Source: a virus. Taken from it: 41,399 bases of DNA. Location of the stretch: IMG/VR virus record IMGVR_UViG_3300030613_000006; one strand, written 5' to 3'. This document shows positions 9,055 to 15,925 of this stretch, one piece after another. The position numbers and the translations under genes were made by a program. Each line of letters begins with the position of its first letter. The first letter of the stretch is position 1. The notes below the pieces were generated by a model. That model saw only the letters and a list, made by a program, of their open reading frames with translations, searched no databases and was not told the DNA's origin.

Positions 9055-9063
9055 ATTATACCA
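9055..9063 (-). promoter_or_regulatory. Candidate extended -10 promoter (TGgTATAAT) for the late arm
   Basis: The minus strand reads cgTGgTATAATataagtGAGAGGGtgtATG. The -10 is perfect with TG at -15/-14, and the -35 is poor (TTCTTA). Confidence 0.3.
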
Positions 9064-9285
9064 CGCCTGTCAAGTAATAAGAATCAATACCAATAAACGG
9101 TATAATGTATTTTACGCGGTTGCGTGCGCCTTGTCAAAACTCACCCCTTTATTAAGATTTGAGACTGCTACCACAATATATGGTGTCACCTATCTATAAT
9201 ACCCCTATATGTTGAGCTAGTCAATAGCTGAATAGAAAGAAAGTTTGATTTCCTCATTTATTTTACCGTTATGTAAAGAAACTAC

Positions 9286-9314
9286 TTGACTTGAGTGTGT
9301 CTATTCCATACACT
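9286..9314 (+). promoter_or_regulatory. Candidate sigma70-type early promoter (TTGACT-17-TACACT)
   Basis: TTGACT at 9286-9291, a 17-nt spacer, then TACACT at 9309-9314. About 55 nt upstream of the first plus-strand ATG (9370). Confidence 0.3.
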
Positions 9315-9347
9315 TAAACATACAGGTGGCAAATAAGCTGGCTGAAT

Positions 9348-9372
9348 AATAGAGAGGAAGATTAGAGAGATG
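9348..9372 (+). promoter_or_regulatory. Conserved translation-initiation box (AATAGAGAGGaAGATTAGagagATG)
   Basis: Variant of the AATAGAGAGGAGATTA(A)GATG box that also occurs at 9615, 10937 and 11205. Confidence 0.5.
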
Positions 9373-9540
9373 GCAAACACGCTTGAGCAGGAGAAGACAC
9401 TAACAATATATCTCGGTCATCATTTTAATTGGAAGAAAGTTAGCCATGATGCCGGAGGGAACGCCATTGGCGAAAACAAACAAGGGATTATTGTCAAGGT
9501 AGACCCGAATGGCAATCTGATTAGCAGAATCGAAGTCTAA
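9370..9540 (+). CDS. Hypothetical protein (56 aa, MANTLEQEKTLTIYLGHHFNWKK...)
   Basis: ATG with the conserved RBS box. Below the ORF-track cutoff. First ORF of the early arm. Confidence 0.55.
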   Translation: MANTLEQEKTLTIYLGHHFNWKKVSHDAGGNAIGENKQGIIVKVDPNGNLISRIEV

Positions 9541-9563
9541 CACCCTTCACACCTCCTAAGAGT

Positions 9564-9609
9564 CCCGGAGCCTAACCACCTCCGGGGCTGACAGGAGTTG
9601 CGAAACTCC
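9564..9609 (+). other. Two tandem RNA hairpins in the 9541-9631 intergenic leader
   Basis: CCCGGAG (9564-9570) pairs with CTCCGGG (9580-9586) around a 9-nt loop. GGAGTT (9594-9599) pairs with AACTCC (9604-9609) around a GCGA (GNRA) tetraloop. No U-tract follows either hairpin. Confidence 0.4.
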
Positions 9610-9614
9610 AATAA

Positions 9615-9634
9615 AATAGAGAGGAGATTAGATG
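9615..9634 (+). promoter_or_regulatory. Conserved translation-initiation box AATAGAGAGGAGATTAGATG
   Basis: Near-identical to the boxes at 10937-10957 and 11205-11225. Confidence 0.55.
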
Positions 9635-10195
9635 ACAGAAGTGGAAACAATCCTGGTAACAATAGGAAATCAATGCCCTGCCTGTAATGTGGTACACCCG
9701 TTGTCCTGGGACTTCTGCGACCAATGCGGCTTACCTTTACCCGCCGCCTGTTATGTAGATGGCCCGTCAATTCTAACAACGGCTATTGAGCAGAGCTATC
9801 AGGAGACACACGACTACGAGGATATAATTAGCCGTGAGGTTGTTATAGAATTATTAAAGGAATCGCCGCTATACAACAAGATGATTACTATTCCATGTAG
9901 AAACGGCAAGGGTAAGCGGCTATCAGTCCGTAAGCGGTTAATTGATTTGCTGCTCAGTCCGTCCGGCGATTTACTAGAGGCTGTATCGCCCAAGGTCTTT
10001 GGTCATTTGAACGGTCATGCACCATGCAAAGAGGTTGTCATAAGCCGTCATATACTAGGTACTAACGATAACGAGGGCAAGGTAGATATTTACACGGCTT
10101 GCGACGAATTGTACTCAGAGCTTGGTTATCATTCATGTCAGGATATGCTTAACGAGGTTGAGGCCATAAAGGAACTAGCAAGGGGTGTAAAATGA
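9632..10195 (+). CDS. Hypothetical protein with N-terminal zinc ribbon (187 aa; CPAC...CDQC)
   Basis: Strong RBS box and two CxxC pairs in the first 35 aa. Confidence 0.7.
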   Translation: MTEVETILVTIGNQCPACNVVHPLSWDFCDQCGLPLPAACYVDGPSILTTAIEQSYQETHDYEDIISREVVIELLKESPLYNKMITIPCRNGKGKRLSVRKRLIDLLLSPSGDLLEAVSPKVFGHLNGHAPCKEVVISRHILGTNDNEGKVDIYTACDELYSELGYHSCQDMLNEVEAIKELARGVK

Positions 10196-10380
10196 AAGGA
10201 TTACGTAAAGTCAAAGCATCTCGAATTGGTAATCATCCTTACTGCCCGCATTGCACTAAGCAAATTACTGATGGCGCATATAGAGAATGTCTTGACAATC
10301 CTAACATGGAATTGGATTGGCATTGGTATAGATGGGGAGCTGGCTGCCCGAATTTTGTCAAGGCGGAGCAATCGAAATGA
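10192..10380 (+). CDS. Small Cys-containing protein (62 aa; CPHC)
   Basis: ATGA overlap with the upstream gene. Confidence 0.6.
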   Translation: MKGLRKVKASRIGNHPYCPHCTKQITDGAYRECLDNPNMELDWHWYRWGAGCPNFVKAEQSK

Positions 10381-10568
10381 AACACGATAAACTAGCTCAA
10401 CCTGACATGTTTACTGATGCCGAACTTATTAAGCCGCCTGCTGGCGGTGACGCTGGTATGCAACTGGACATCTTTGGCGGCAACCATCTACACGAGACAC
10501 AGGCAACAGAAAACGTGTTTGGGGCAGTGGAAATAAACCACAGGCACGAATCAAGGCAAATAAAATAA
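10377..10568 (+). CDS. Hypothetical protein (63 aa; start refined to MKHDKLAQPDMF)
   Basis: The ATG at 10377 overlaps the upstream TGA (ATGA). The track start at 10332 lies inside the previous gene. Confidence 0.55.
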   Translation: MKHDKLAQPDMFTDAELIKPPAGGDAGMQLDIFGGNHLHETQATENVFGAVEINHRHESRQIK

Positions 10569-10585
10569 ACAGGGGGTAAAGAGAG

Positions 10586-10684
10586 ATGAACTTTTATATG
10601 GGGTGGGGTGCAATACTTCTGATGCTTTGGTTAATTTGGGTTGTCTTGATTCTTATAGGATTAAAAAGAGGTTGGTTCTTTTAG
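10586..10684 (+). CDS. Small membrane peptide (32 aa, MNFYMGWGAILLMLWLIWVVLILIGLKRGWFF)
   Basis: GGGGGTAAAGAGAG RBS, a single hydrophobic helix, and it fills an otherwise empty gap. Confidence 0.5.
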   Translation: MNFYMGWGAILLMLWLIWVVLILIGLKRGWFF

Positions 10685-10722
10685 CCTAACCCAGACTAAC
10701 CGAGACAAGAAAGGAGAGAACC

Positions 10723-10923
10723 GTGATTAGATATTTTGACTGCCCGCATTGCGGACTACCAACCCCGATGTGTAGTTGTTCTACACCCGACTCAGTTTAC
10801 TACCCCGCGGAGCTAGTAAGGACAGACATACGCATCGAGCGCCTGGTGAGCCCAGAAGAAGGACTGAGCGACTACGACAAGAGTGAGGCGTTTGTTAAAG
10901 ACTACTTGACAGGTGTGATATAA
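10723..10923 (+). CDS. Small zinc-ribbon-like protein (66 aa; CPHCG...CSC)
   Basis: GTG start preceded by AAAGGAGAG. Confidence 0.55.
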   Translation: MIRYFDCPHCGLPTPMCSCSTPDSVYYPAELVRTDIRIERLVSPEEGLSDYDKSEAFVKDYLTGVI

Positions 10924-10936
10924 TTATTAAAGTACC

Positions 10937-10957
10937 AATAGAGAGGAGATTAAGATG
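10937..10957 (+). promoter_or_regulatory. Conserved translation-initiation box AATAGAGAGGAGATTAAGATG
   Basis: See 9615-9634. Confidence 0.55.
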
Positions 10958-11209
10958 GCAGAAAACGAGCATTACCCAACTCCAAACATTGACCTTGCAA
11001 CCTATCTACACGCCCTCGGTGGCGAGGTTATCGACATTGACCGGAGCGATCCCAAAGAGCAGGTCTTTCTATTCAAACTAACGGATGGCCAGCGGGCTGC
11101 GGTCCCGCATTTCTTTGATGGTACGGGACAAGTGTCTGCTCTGGCACTTTCCAACTCCAGGGGCGTGCTGTTCAAGATGCTGCGAAACAAACAGCCTGTA
11201 AATAAATAG
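10955..11209 (+). CDS. Small phage protein resembling the DUF5659-type family (84 aa)
   Basis: From memory, the pattern ..DLATYLHALGGEVIDIDRSDPKEQVFLF......A....F resembles DUF5659 proteins (unverified). Confidence 0.45.
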   Translation: MAENEHYPTPNIDLATYLHALGGEVIDIDRSDPKEQVFLFKLTDGQRAAVPHFFDGTGQVSALALSNSRGVLFKMLRNKQPVNK

Positions 11210-11225
11210 ATAGGAGATTAAGATG
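11205..11225 (+). promoter_or_regulatory. Conserved translation-initiation box AATAGATAGGAGATTAAGATG
   Basis: See 9615-9634. Confidence 0.55.
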
Positions 11226-11666
11226 AAAAAGCAAAAATCAGGACTAGCACATCTTTGCCACCACGACAGGCATTGGGAGTTTTGTTATGACTTTGACAAA
11301 AGGATACGGTTTATCAAGAAGTATAAACCAGAAGATGAAATCGAGACACGGCTAAAATACTTCAAGATTATACCCAACAACATATTACCTGGCGGGGATT
11401 CGCCTAAATGGGATGCCTACGACAAGGCTGGGGCTGCCTTCGACAGGGCTTGGGCTGCTTGGGCTGCCTTCGACAGGGCTTGGGCTGCTTGGGCTGCCTT
11501 CGACAGGGCCGGGGCTGCTTGGGCTGCCTTCGACAGGGCCGGGGCTGCCTATCTAGCAAAATATAAACTAGAATTAGATAAGCTACATGATAAATTGTTT
11601 CCTGATTGTCCGTGGAACGGGAATACAATGTTCCCCAATGGACAGGGAGGAGATAAAGTAAGATGA
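11223..11666 (+). CDS. Decapeptide-repeat protein (147 aa; AAFDRAWAAW repeats)
   Basis: ORF with the RBS box and an internal 30-nt tandem array. The antisense ORF 11404..11748 is a shadow of the repeat. Confidence 0.7.
   Translation: MKKQKSGLAHLCHHDRHWEFCYDFDKRIRFIKKYKPEDEIETRLKYFKIIPNNILPGGDSPKWDAYDKAGAAFDRAWAAWAAFDRAWAAWAAFDRAGAAWAAFDRAGAAYLAKYKLELDKLHDKLFPDCPWNGNTMFPNGQGGDKVR
11409..11550 (+). repeat. 30-nt tandem repeat, about 4.7 copies (GGGCTGCCTTCGACAGGGCyTGGGCTGCTT)
   Basis: Units start at 11431, 11461, 11491 and 11521. Units 1 and 2 are identical, units 3 and 4 differ from each other by 1 nt, and a degenerate copy lies at 11409-11430. Confidence 0.9.
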
Positions 11667-11845
11667 TACCAGGTGCAGGACTACAAATCATTAAAGTTGA
11701 GTTCCTTTTACAATTCGCTGTAGCACTCCTCAATGAGTTCGGGAACAACTGCCGAACAGATGCCGACCATTGGGGTGATTATGTTTCAGAGGGGGATATA
11801 AGGGACTGGCTACAGACGAAGGGGGAGAGAAATGAGAGAGATTAA
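11663..11845 (+). CDS. Hypothetical protein (60 aa)
   Basis: ATGA overlap with the upstream gene. Confidence 0.5.
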   Translation: MIPGAGLQIIKVEFLLQFAVALLNEFGNNCRTDADHWGDYVSEGDIRDWLQTKGERNERD

Positions 11846-12251
11846 ATTTAGGGCATGGGGGCAGGGGTTAGATGCGGGCTATTGGGTCGAAGATTTTTAT
11901 GTATACCAAGATGGTTCTATAGCTGTGGATGAAGGTATATATGGAGAAAAAGAGGAAAAGTATATTACCGAGAATGTTGTTCTTATGTATTACACAGGAC
12001 TCAAGGACAAAAACGGCAAGGATGTTTATGAGGGGGATATTCTTGCCGATACAGATAATCCAGAGGAGCATTATATTTTAGGAAAAGTAGCATACAATCA
12101 AATACCAGATTGTATATATGCAGGTCAATATTTACTTGAGGACAACGAAGGGTATGCCAGTGAGTGGGATATAATAACTGGAGAGGGTTGGCATAAATTA
12201 GAAGTAATCGGCAACATCTATGAGAATCCCGAATTGATGGAGGTAATATGA
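11832..12251 (+). CDS. YopX-family protein
   Basis: MREIKFRAW start, YTGLKDKNGKDVYEGDIL core and a VIGNIYENPELMEV end, which are the hallmarks of the YopX family. Confidence 0.85.
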   Translation: MREIKFRAWGQGLDAGYWVEDFYVYQDGSIAVDEGIYGEKEEKYITENVVLMYYTGLKDKNGKDVYEGDILADTDNPEEHYILGKVAYNQIPDCIYAGQYLLEDNEGYASEWDIITGEGWHKLEVIGNIYENPELMEVI

Positions 12252-12460
12252 AATCCTATACAGGTCTAATCTCAGAGAAAAAGTACCAGGGACTAGCGTT
12301 TACCACCATAAATACCAAAGAATACGGGACACTAATGGTAGATGCCTTAGTCCAGGAGTTCATAGACAATGGCAAGGTCTACCGGATAACCATTACCGAG
12401 GTTGAAGAAGACCATCAAAATGCGCCTATTACGGCAGAAAGGGAGCTAATACCAGCATGA
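12248..12460 (+). CDS. Hypothetical protein (70 aa)
   Basis: ATGA overlap with yopX. Confidence 0.6.
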   Translation: MKSYTGLISEKKYQGLAFTTINTKEYGTLMVDALVQEFIDNGKVYRITITEVEEDHQNAPITAERELIPA

Positions 12461-12666
12461 AAAATCCTACTTTAAGAGGCACCTTTGAAATTAAGTTAAG
12501 CTCAGTGGGTCTAACCGCCCGCAAAGATGCGGGGATGAAGGACACAGCGATAATCCATGAATCGCTGGACAAACTCTTAGCTCAGTTAGACCCCATGGCC
12601 CGGAAGCGGATCACTTTTAAGGACTGCGAAATAGTCGAAGGCAAAGAATCAGTGTTGCCGTTTTGA
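12457..12666 (+). CDS. Hypothetical protein (69 aa)
   Basis: ATGA overlap with the upstream gene. Confidence 0.6.
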   Translation: MKNPTLRGTFEIKLSSVGLTARKDAGMKDTAIIHESLDKLLAQLDPMARKRITFKDCEIVEGKESVLPF

Positions 12667-12677
12667 GAGGAGGAGAG

Positions 12678-12992
12678 ATGAAATATACTGAAGATTGGTT
12701 GGCCACTTCCATGCACGAAACTATAGAAGGTAAACTATATAAAAGAATTTGCCAAACTAATGCTGATGGCGAACTTATCGCGCTTGTGCCGTTTGGCAAG
12801 AATTGTGAAGCCAATGCCCTTCTTATCTCGGCAGCACCAGGTAACTACGAAAGGCTGAAGGAAACTACCACTATACTTGAAAGCCTGATGGCAAAATATT
12901 CGCTAACTGGAGTAAGGGAATCATTAAGTAGAACAATCGAGGCAAATAGACAAGCTCTAGCCAAAGCCGAAGGTAAGGAGAATAGAGAATGA
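12678..12992 (+). CDS. Hypothetical protein (104 aa; start refined to MKYTEDW)
   Basis: The ATG at 12678 is preceded by GAGGAGGAGAG. The track start at 12663 is a TTG inside the RBS. Confidence 0.65.
   Translation: MKYTEDWLATSMHETIEGKLYKRICQTNADGELIALVPFGKNCEANALLISAAPGNYERLKETTTILESLMAKYSLTGVRESLSRTIEANRQALAKAEGKENRE
12964..12982. repeat. 19-nt direct repeat, left copy (AAGCCGAAGGTAAGGAGAA)
   Basis: Identical 19-mer at 13674-13692. The two copies bracket gene 12989..13687. Confidence 0.9.
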
Positions 12993-13687
12993 GAAAATAC
13001 TACTTTAAGGCTACAAAAGACAACATGGTATCGGGGTATGATGCCGCCTATCGGCATAGGATGGGGCACAATGCACACCCCAAGCCTGATAGGAAGTCGA
13101 AAGAACCATGCGGAGTAGGAGTACATCTAGCTAAAACAATTCACGATGCTCTACACTATGTAAGTGGAGCTACAGAGGTCTATCTAGCCACTTCCACTGA
13201 TATTATCGCCAGTGATAGCTCGAAGGTTCGGGTAGGCAAGTATGAAATCCTGTGGAGAATACCACAACGGATTATCGAGGAGTACCAGTCTAAGCGGGAA
13301 GACCTGGACAAGGAGCACCGGTCTAAGCGGGATGCCCTATGCAAGGAGTACCAGCCTAGGCGGGATGCCCTGAGCCGGGAGTACCAGCCTGAGCGGGAAG
13401 ACCTGAGCCGGGAGTACCAGCCTAAGCGGGAAGACCTGGACAAGGAGTACCAGTCTAAGCGGGATGCCCTATGCAAGGAGTACCAGCCTAGGCGGGATGC
13501 CCTGAGCCGGGAGTACCAGTCTAAGCGGGAAGACCTGGACAAGGAGTACCAGTCTAAGCGGGATGCCCTATGCAAGGAGTACCAGCCTAGGCGGGATGCC
13601 CTGAGCCGGGAGTACCAGTCTAAGCGGGATGCCCTGTACAGAAAAACTTTACGAAAGATTTTAAGACTATGCAGAAGCCGAAGGTAA
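12989..13687 (+). CDS. Hendecad-repeat protein (232 aa): ~95-aa N-terminal globular domain plus 11 x 11-aa repeats
   Basis: ATGA overlap upstream. From memory, the N-terminal pattern (KATKDNM.S......Y..G........CG.G.H.A....A..Y......EVY........SKVRV.K.EIL) resembles a recurrent phage domain, DUF7666-like (unverified). The antisense ORF 13180..13788 is a shadow of the repeat. Confidence 0.7.
   Translation: MRKYYFKATKDNMVSGYDAAYRHRMGHNAHPKPDRKSKEPCGVGVHLAKTIHDALHYVSGATEVYLATSTDIIASDSSKVRVGKYEILWRIPQRIIEEYQSKREDLDKEHRSKRDALCKEYQPRRDALSREYQPEREDLSREYQPKREDLDKEYQSKRDALCKEYQPRRDALSREYQSKREDLDKEYQSKRDALCKEYQPRRDALSREYQSKRDALYRKTLRKILRLCRSRR
13280..13642 (+). repeat. 33-nt tandem repeat x 11 (EYQSKREDLDK / EYQSKRDALCK / EYQPRRDALSR), with a 99-nt super-repeat
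   Basis: Counted unit by unit in frame from 13280. Units 5-7 and 8-10 repeat the same three-unit order. Confidence 0.9.
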
Positions 13688-13692
13688 GGAGA
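13674..13692. repeat. 19-nt direct repeat, right copy (AAGCCGAAGGTAAGGAGAA)
   Basis: Identical to 12964-12982. It supplies the RBS of the downstream gene. Confidence 0.9.
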
Positions 13693-13695
13693 AAA

Positions 13696-14439
13696 ATGAT
13701 ACAAGATAATCAAAGACCAACCGAGGCGGAAATTGTCCTTGCTGAGACTTTTTTGGACGCTGAGTTTGGAAAGCACGAAAAGCCCCAATCACAGGAGGTT
13801 TTACTTGTAAACCCCAGAGACCTTATCATCGCTCAACCAGAGGTAGCATTAGCTGAGTGGGTATCCTCCCTGGTAGAGAAATACTCGAGCTTGCAGGTAA
13901 CTGACGAAGCCAGTGAGGTAAAGGCTACTTCCGCCCATGCAGAGATACATGGCTACCTTAAGCAAATCGAGGCCGAGAAATTAACTGTTACTAAGCCGGC
14001 CAGGGACTGGGTAAGCGATATCAACGGCAGCGTCCTTAACCTGACCACCCCCCTAAAGAAGCTGAGAGACAATCTACTGTCGGAACTACAGACCTACAGG
14101 GGCTTTGTCAGGGTAGCACAGGCGAAGGAACAGGCGCGGCTACAAAAGCTGGCAGACAATAGGGCGGCAAAGGCGGAGGCGGCAGGGAAGCCAGCGCCGT
14201 TACCCGAGGCAGTGGCTCCGCTTGTTTCAGGTCCGCCAATGTCATTAGAAACAGACATGGGCAATACCTCATTCGTAAAACACTGGCATTTCGTAATAAC
14301 TAACCCTGACTTAATACCGAAAGAATTTTGGGATATTAACGAAGTGAGGCTTAATGCGGTTGCGGTCGCCTTGAAGGAAAAGACGAATATACCCGGTGGG
14401 TATGCCGCCTACAAAGAGACACCGTCAACAAGGAGGTGA
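13696..14439 (+). CDS. Hypothetical coiled-coil protein of the recombination module (247 aa)
   Basis: The ATG at 13696 follows TAAGGAG. A/K/E-rich central helix. Lies upstream of the nuclease/annealase pair. Possibly Gp157-like, but I cannot confirm this. Confidence 0.6.
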   Translation: MIQDNQRPTEAEIVLAETFLDAEFGKHEKPQSQEVLLVNPRDLIIAQPEVALAEWVSSLVEKYSSLQVTDEASEVKATSAHAEIHGYLKQIEAEKLTVTKPARDWVSDINGSVLNLTTPLKKLRDNLLSELQTYRGFVRVAQAKEQARLQKLADNRAAKAEAAGKPAPLPEAVAPLVSGPPMSLETDMGNTSFVKHWHFVITNPDLIPKEFWDINEVRLNAVAVALKEKTNIPGGYAAYKETPSTRR

Positions 14440-14442
14440 AAG

Positions 14443-14703
14443 ATGGCAGATTTTAGAAATTGCCAACTTATTATGATTGCAGAACTTAGGGAAAGGATTG
14501 AGTATCTTCAAAAGCAGGGTAAGGAATATAAAGAGATTCGGGCCTTTATTGTTGATAACTATGGGAAAGAACATTGGCTTGTAACAGACCAGCGAGGCAG
14601 AGATGAAGCTATTGCAGCAGCTTTGATGGCTTATGCCATGACTAAAGAGCAACGGAAAGCTGTGCTGGAATTGAAAGAATTGACAGGGCTAATAATCCCA
14701 TGA
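14443..14703 (+). CDS. Hypothetical protein (86 aa)
   Basis: AGGAGG RBS 6 nt upstream. Confidence 0.65.
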   Translation: MADFRNCQLIMIAELRERIEYLQKQGKEYKEIRAFIVDNYGKEHWLVTDQRGRDEAIAAALMAYAMTKEQRKAVLELKELTGLIIP

Positions 14704-14728
14704 AAGCCCCGGAGGACAGATGGGACAG

Positions 14729-14887
14729 ATGAAACAAAGTCTTGCAGTATCAAATACAAAATGTCTCGCCTGTGGCAAGAGGCTATACATAATTCTAAAC
14801 TGGAATGAGAAAGGACACTTGCTCTGCTGCTTAACACCTTTCTGTCATAAAGAACGCAGACCGCAAGGATGGGAGAAAAGAGAATGA
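14729..14887 (+). CDS. Small zinc-ribbon protein (52 aa; CLACG...CC..PFCH)
   Basis: GGAGGA at 14711-14716 (an alternative in-frame ATG lies at 14720). The stop overlaps the next ATG (ATGA). Below the track cutoff. Confidence 0.5.
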   Translation: MKQSLAVSNTKCLACGKRLYIILNWNEKGHLLCCLTPFCHKERRPQGWEKRE

Positions 14888-15471
14888 AATTCCACAACGT
14901 TTTGATAAACGGCGAGACCTTTAGCCTACCGAAAGCAACCAGCATCATCAGCCTGGCCCGGGATAGGGGTATGCTGGTAGGCGATGAGTGGCTTACTTGG
15001 AATGAGGAGGGCTTAAGATTCGGCACACAGATACATAAACTGATTGCCTTTCTTCTTCAAGGCTCGGTCATTAAAGATTGGAGCGACTGGGGGGAGCCTG
15101 ACAAGCAATGCCTCCGAGCTTTCAAGCGATGGTGGGATTTCACAGGATTCAGACCTCGCCTCGTTGAATGTGAATTGCACTCCGTAGAACTAGGTGTAGT
15201 CGGACACCCCGACACTATCGGAACTATCAAACAGCACATCGAGATAATCGACTGGACTACCGGTGAAGTGAACACTGGCAAGCTACTCCAGTTAGGCTTC
15301 TACTACCTGGCTTATAAGGAAATGTATCCGAGGCGTAGCATTTACGGAGCAAGGGCGGTACACCTTGACAAAGTAGCAGGCAACTTTGAACAGAAGATTC
15401 TATCCGAGGTTGCCCTACAGGGTTATGGTAGGGACTTCATTAAAATAAGACAGGCGATTGGAGTAATATAA
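14884..15471 (+). CDS. PD-(D/E)XK (Cas4/RecB-like) nuclease, putative recombination exonuclease
   Basis: GHPDTIG......IEIIDWTTGE matches the G.iD.....iiDYKTG core of the PD-(D/E)XK_1 family, and QLGFYYLAY matches its Q...Y motif. Start refined to MKFHNVL (ATGA coupling). Confidence 0.6.
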   Translation: MKFHNVLINGETFSLPKATSIISLARDRGMLVGDEWLTWNEEGLRFGTQIHKLIAFLLQGSVIKDWSDWGEPDKQCLRAFKRWWDFTGFRPRLVECELHSVELGVVGHPDTIGTIKQHIEIIDWTTGEVNTGKLLQLGFYYLAYKEMYPRRSIYGARAVHLDKVAGNFEQKILSEVALQGYGRDFIKIRQAIGVI

Positions 15472-15472
15472 C

Positions 15473-15676
15473 GTGAGCCAAATAGAACTCCAGCAAAAGA
15501 TATTGGGGCAGTACAGTAATAAGGTCAAAGAGGCTGTTGGGCGACTTTGCAGAGCACCGTGCGTAGAGTGGGTTGGTTATGGCAAGGAAGGGGGTAGCTG
15601 CACCCATAATGTGCTGCCGATATGCTCAGATGGTAGTGATTGCCCCTATTTCTTAGAGAAAGAACGAAGGAAGTAA
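15473..15676 (+). CDS. Cys-rich hypothetical protein (67 aa)
   Basis: GTG start with TGGAG upstream, immediately after the nuclease stop. Confidence 0.5.
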   Translation: MSQIELQQKILGQYSNKVKEAVGRLCRAPCVEWVGYGKEGGSCTHNVLPICSDGSDCPYFLEKERRK

Positions 15677-15677
15677 T

Positions 15678-15740
15678 ATGACACCTTACTATCAGGACAA
15701 GGAGGAAATAAGATGTGGCTCAAAATCATTTTTATACTAG
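15678..15740 (+). pseudogene. 5' fossil/leader ORF (MTPYYQDKEEIRCGSKSFLY*), paralogous to the leader at 18033
   Basis: The first 24 nt match 18033-18056 at 19/24 positions. Both encode M-x-P-Y-[YF]-[QK]-D-K. The cargo ATG lies 35 nt downstream in another frame. Confidence 0.5.
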
Positions 15741-15907
15741 GTGGCCCATATATGTGTGGGGTAACGGGTGGGATTCTTTATAGATTAATGCAAAAGTCTA
15801 CCCGAACTTTTGTAGACGGTATTTTTACACCCCTCCTTCTACTTGCTTTCCTGCTTGGAGTTTTTATGCTCGGTGTCGGTGTTTTAGCTTTGAAAAATAA
15901 GTGGTAG
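15713..15907 (+). CDS. Small membrane protein (64 aa, 2 predicted TM helices)
   Basis: AAGGAGGA RBS 6 nt upstream. Hydrophobic stretches IIFILGGPYMCGVTGGILY and LLLLAFLLGVFMLGVGVLAL. Confidence 0.65.
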   Translation: MWLKIIFILGGPYMCGVTGGILYRLMQKSTRTFVDGIFTPLLLLAFLLGVFMLGVGVLALKNKW

Positions 15908-15925
15908 ATGATATAAAAATACAAA

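Noticed and set aside
9055-9074. Apparent perfect TTGACA plus TATAAT pair on the minus strand
   Set aside because: The two hexamers are only 7 nt apart, which is incompatible with sigma70 spacing. Only the extended -10 reading (TGgTATAAT) is retained, at low confidence.
9158-9167. 10-mer TTTGAGACTG shared with 17941-17950
   Set aside because: Hundreds of shared 10-mers are expected by chance in a 41-kb sequence, and there is no extended similarity around it.
11409-13642. CRISPR array or DGR template/variable repeat interpretation of the tandem repeats
   Set aside because: The units are contiguous with no spacers, are in frame within ORFs, and have 30/33-nt periods that encode peptide repeats. 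No cas gene and no reverse transcriptase gene are present anywhere in the genome.
13180-13788. 202-aa minus-strand ORF, and 11404..11748 (114 aa, minus)
   Set aside because: Both are antisense readings of the tandem repeat arrays (SRLDWYS... and QPKQPRPCRR... periodic junk). The repeats simply lack stops on the opposite strand.
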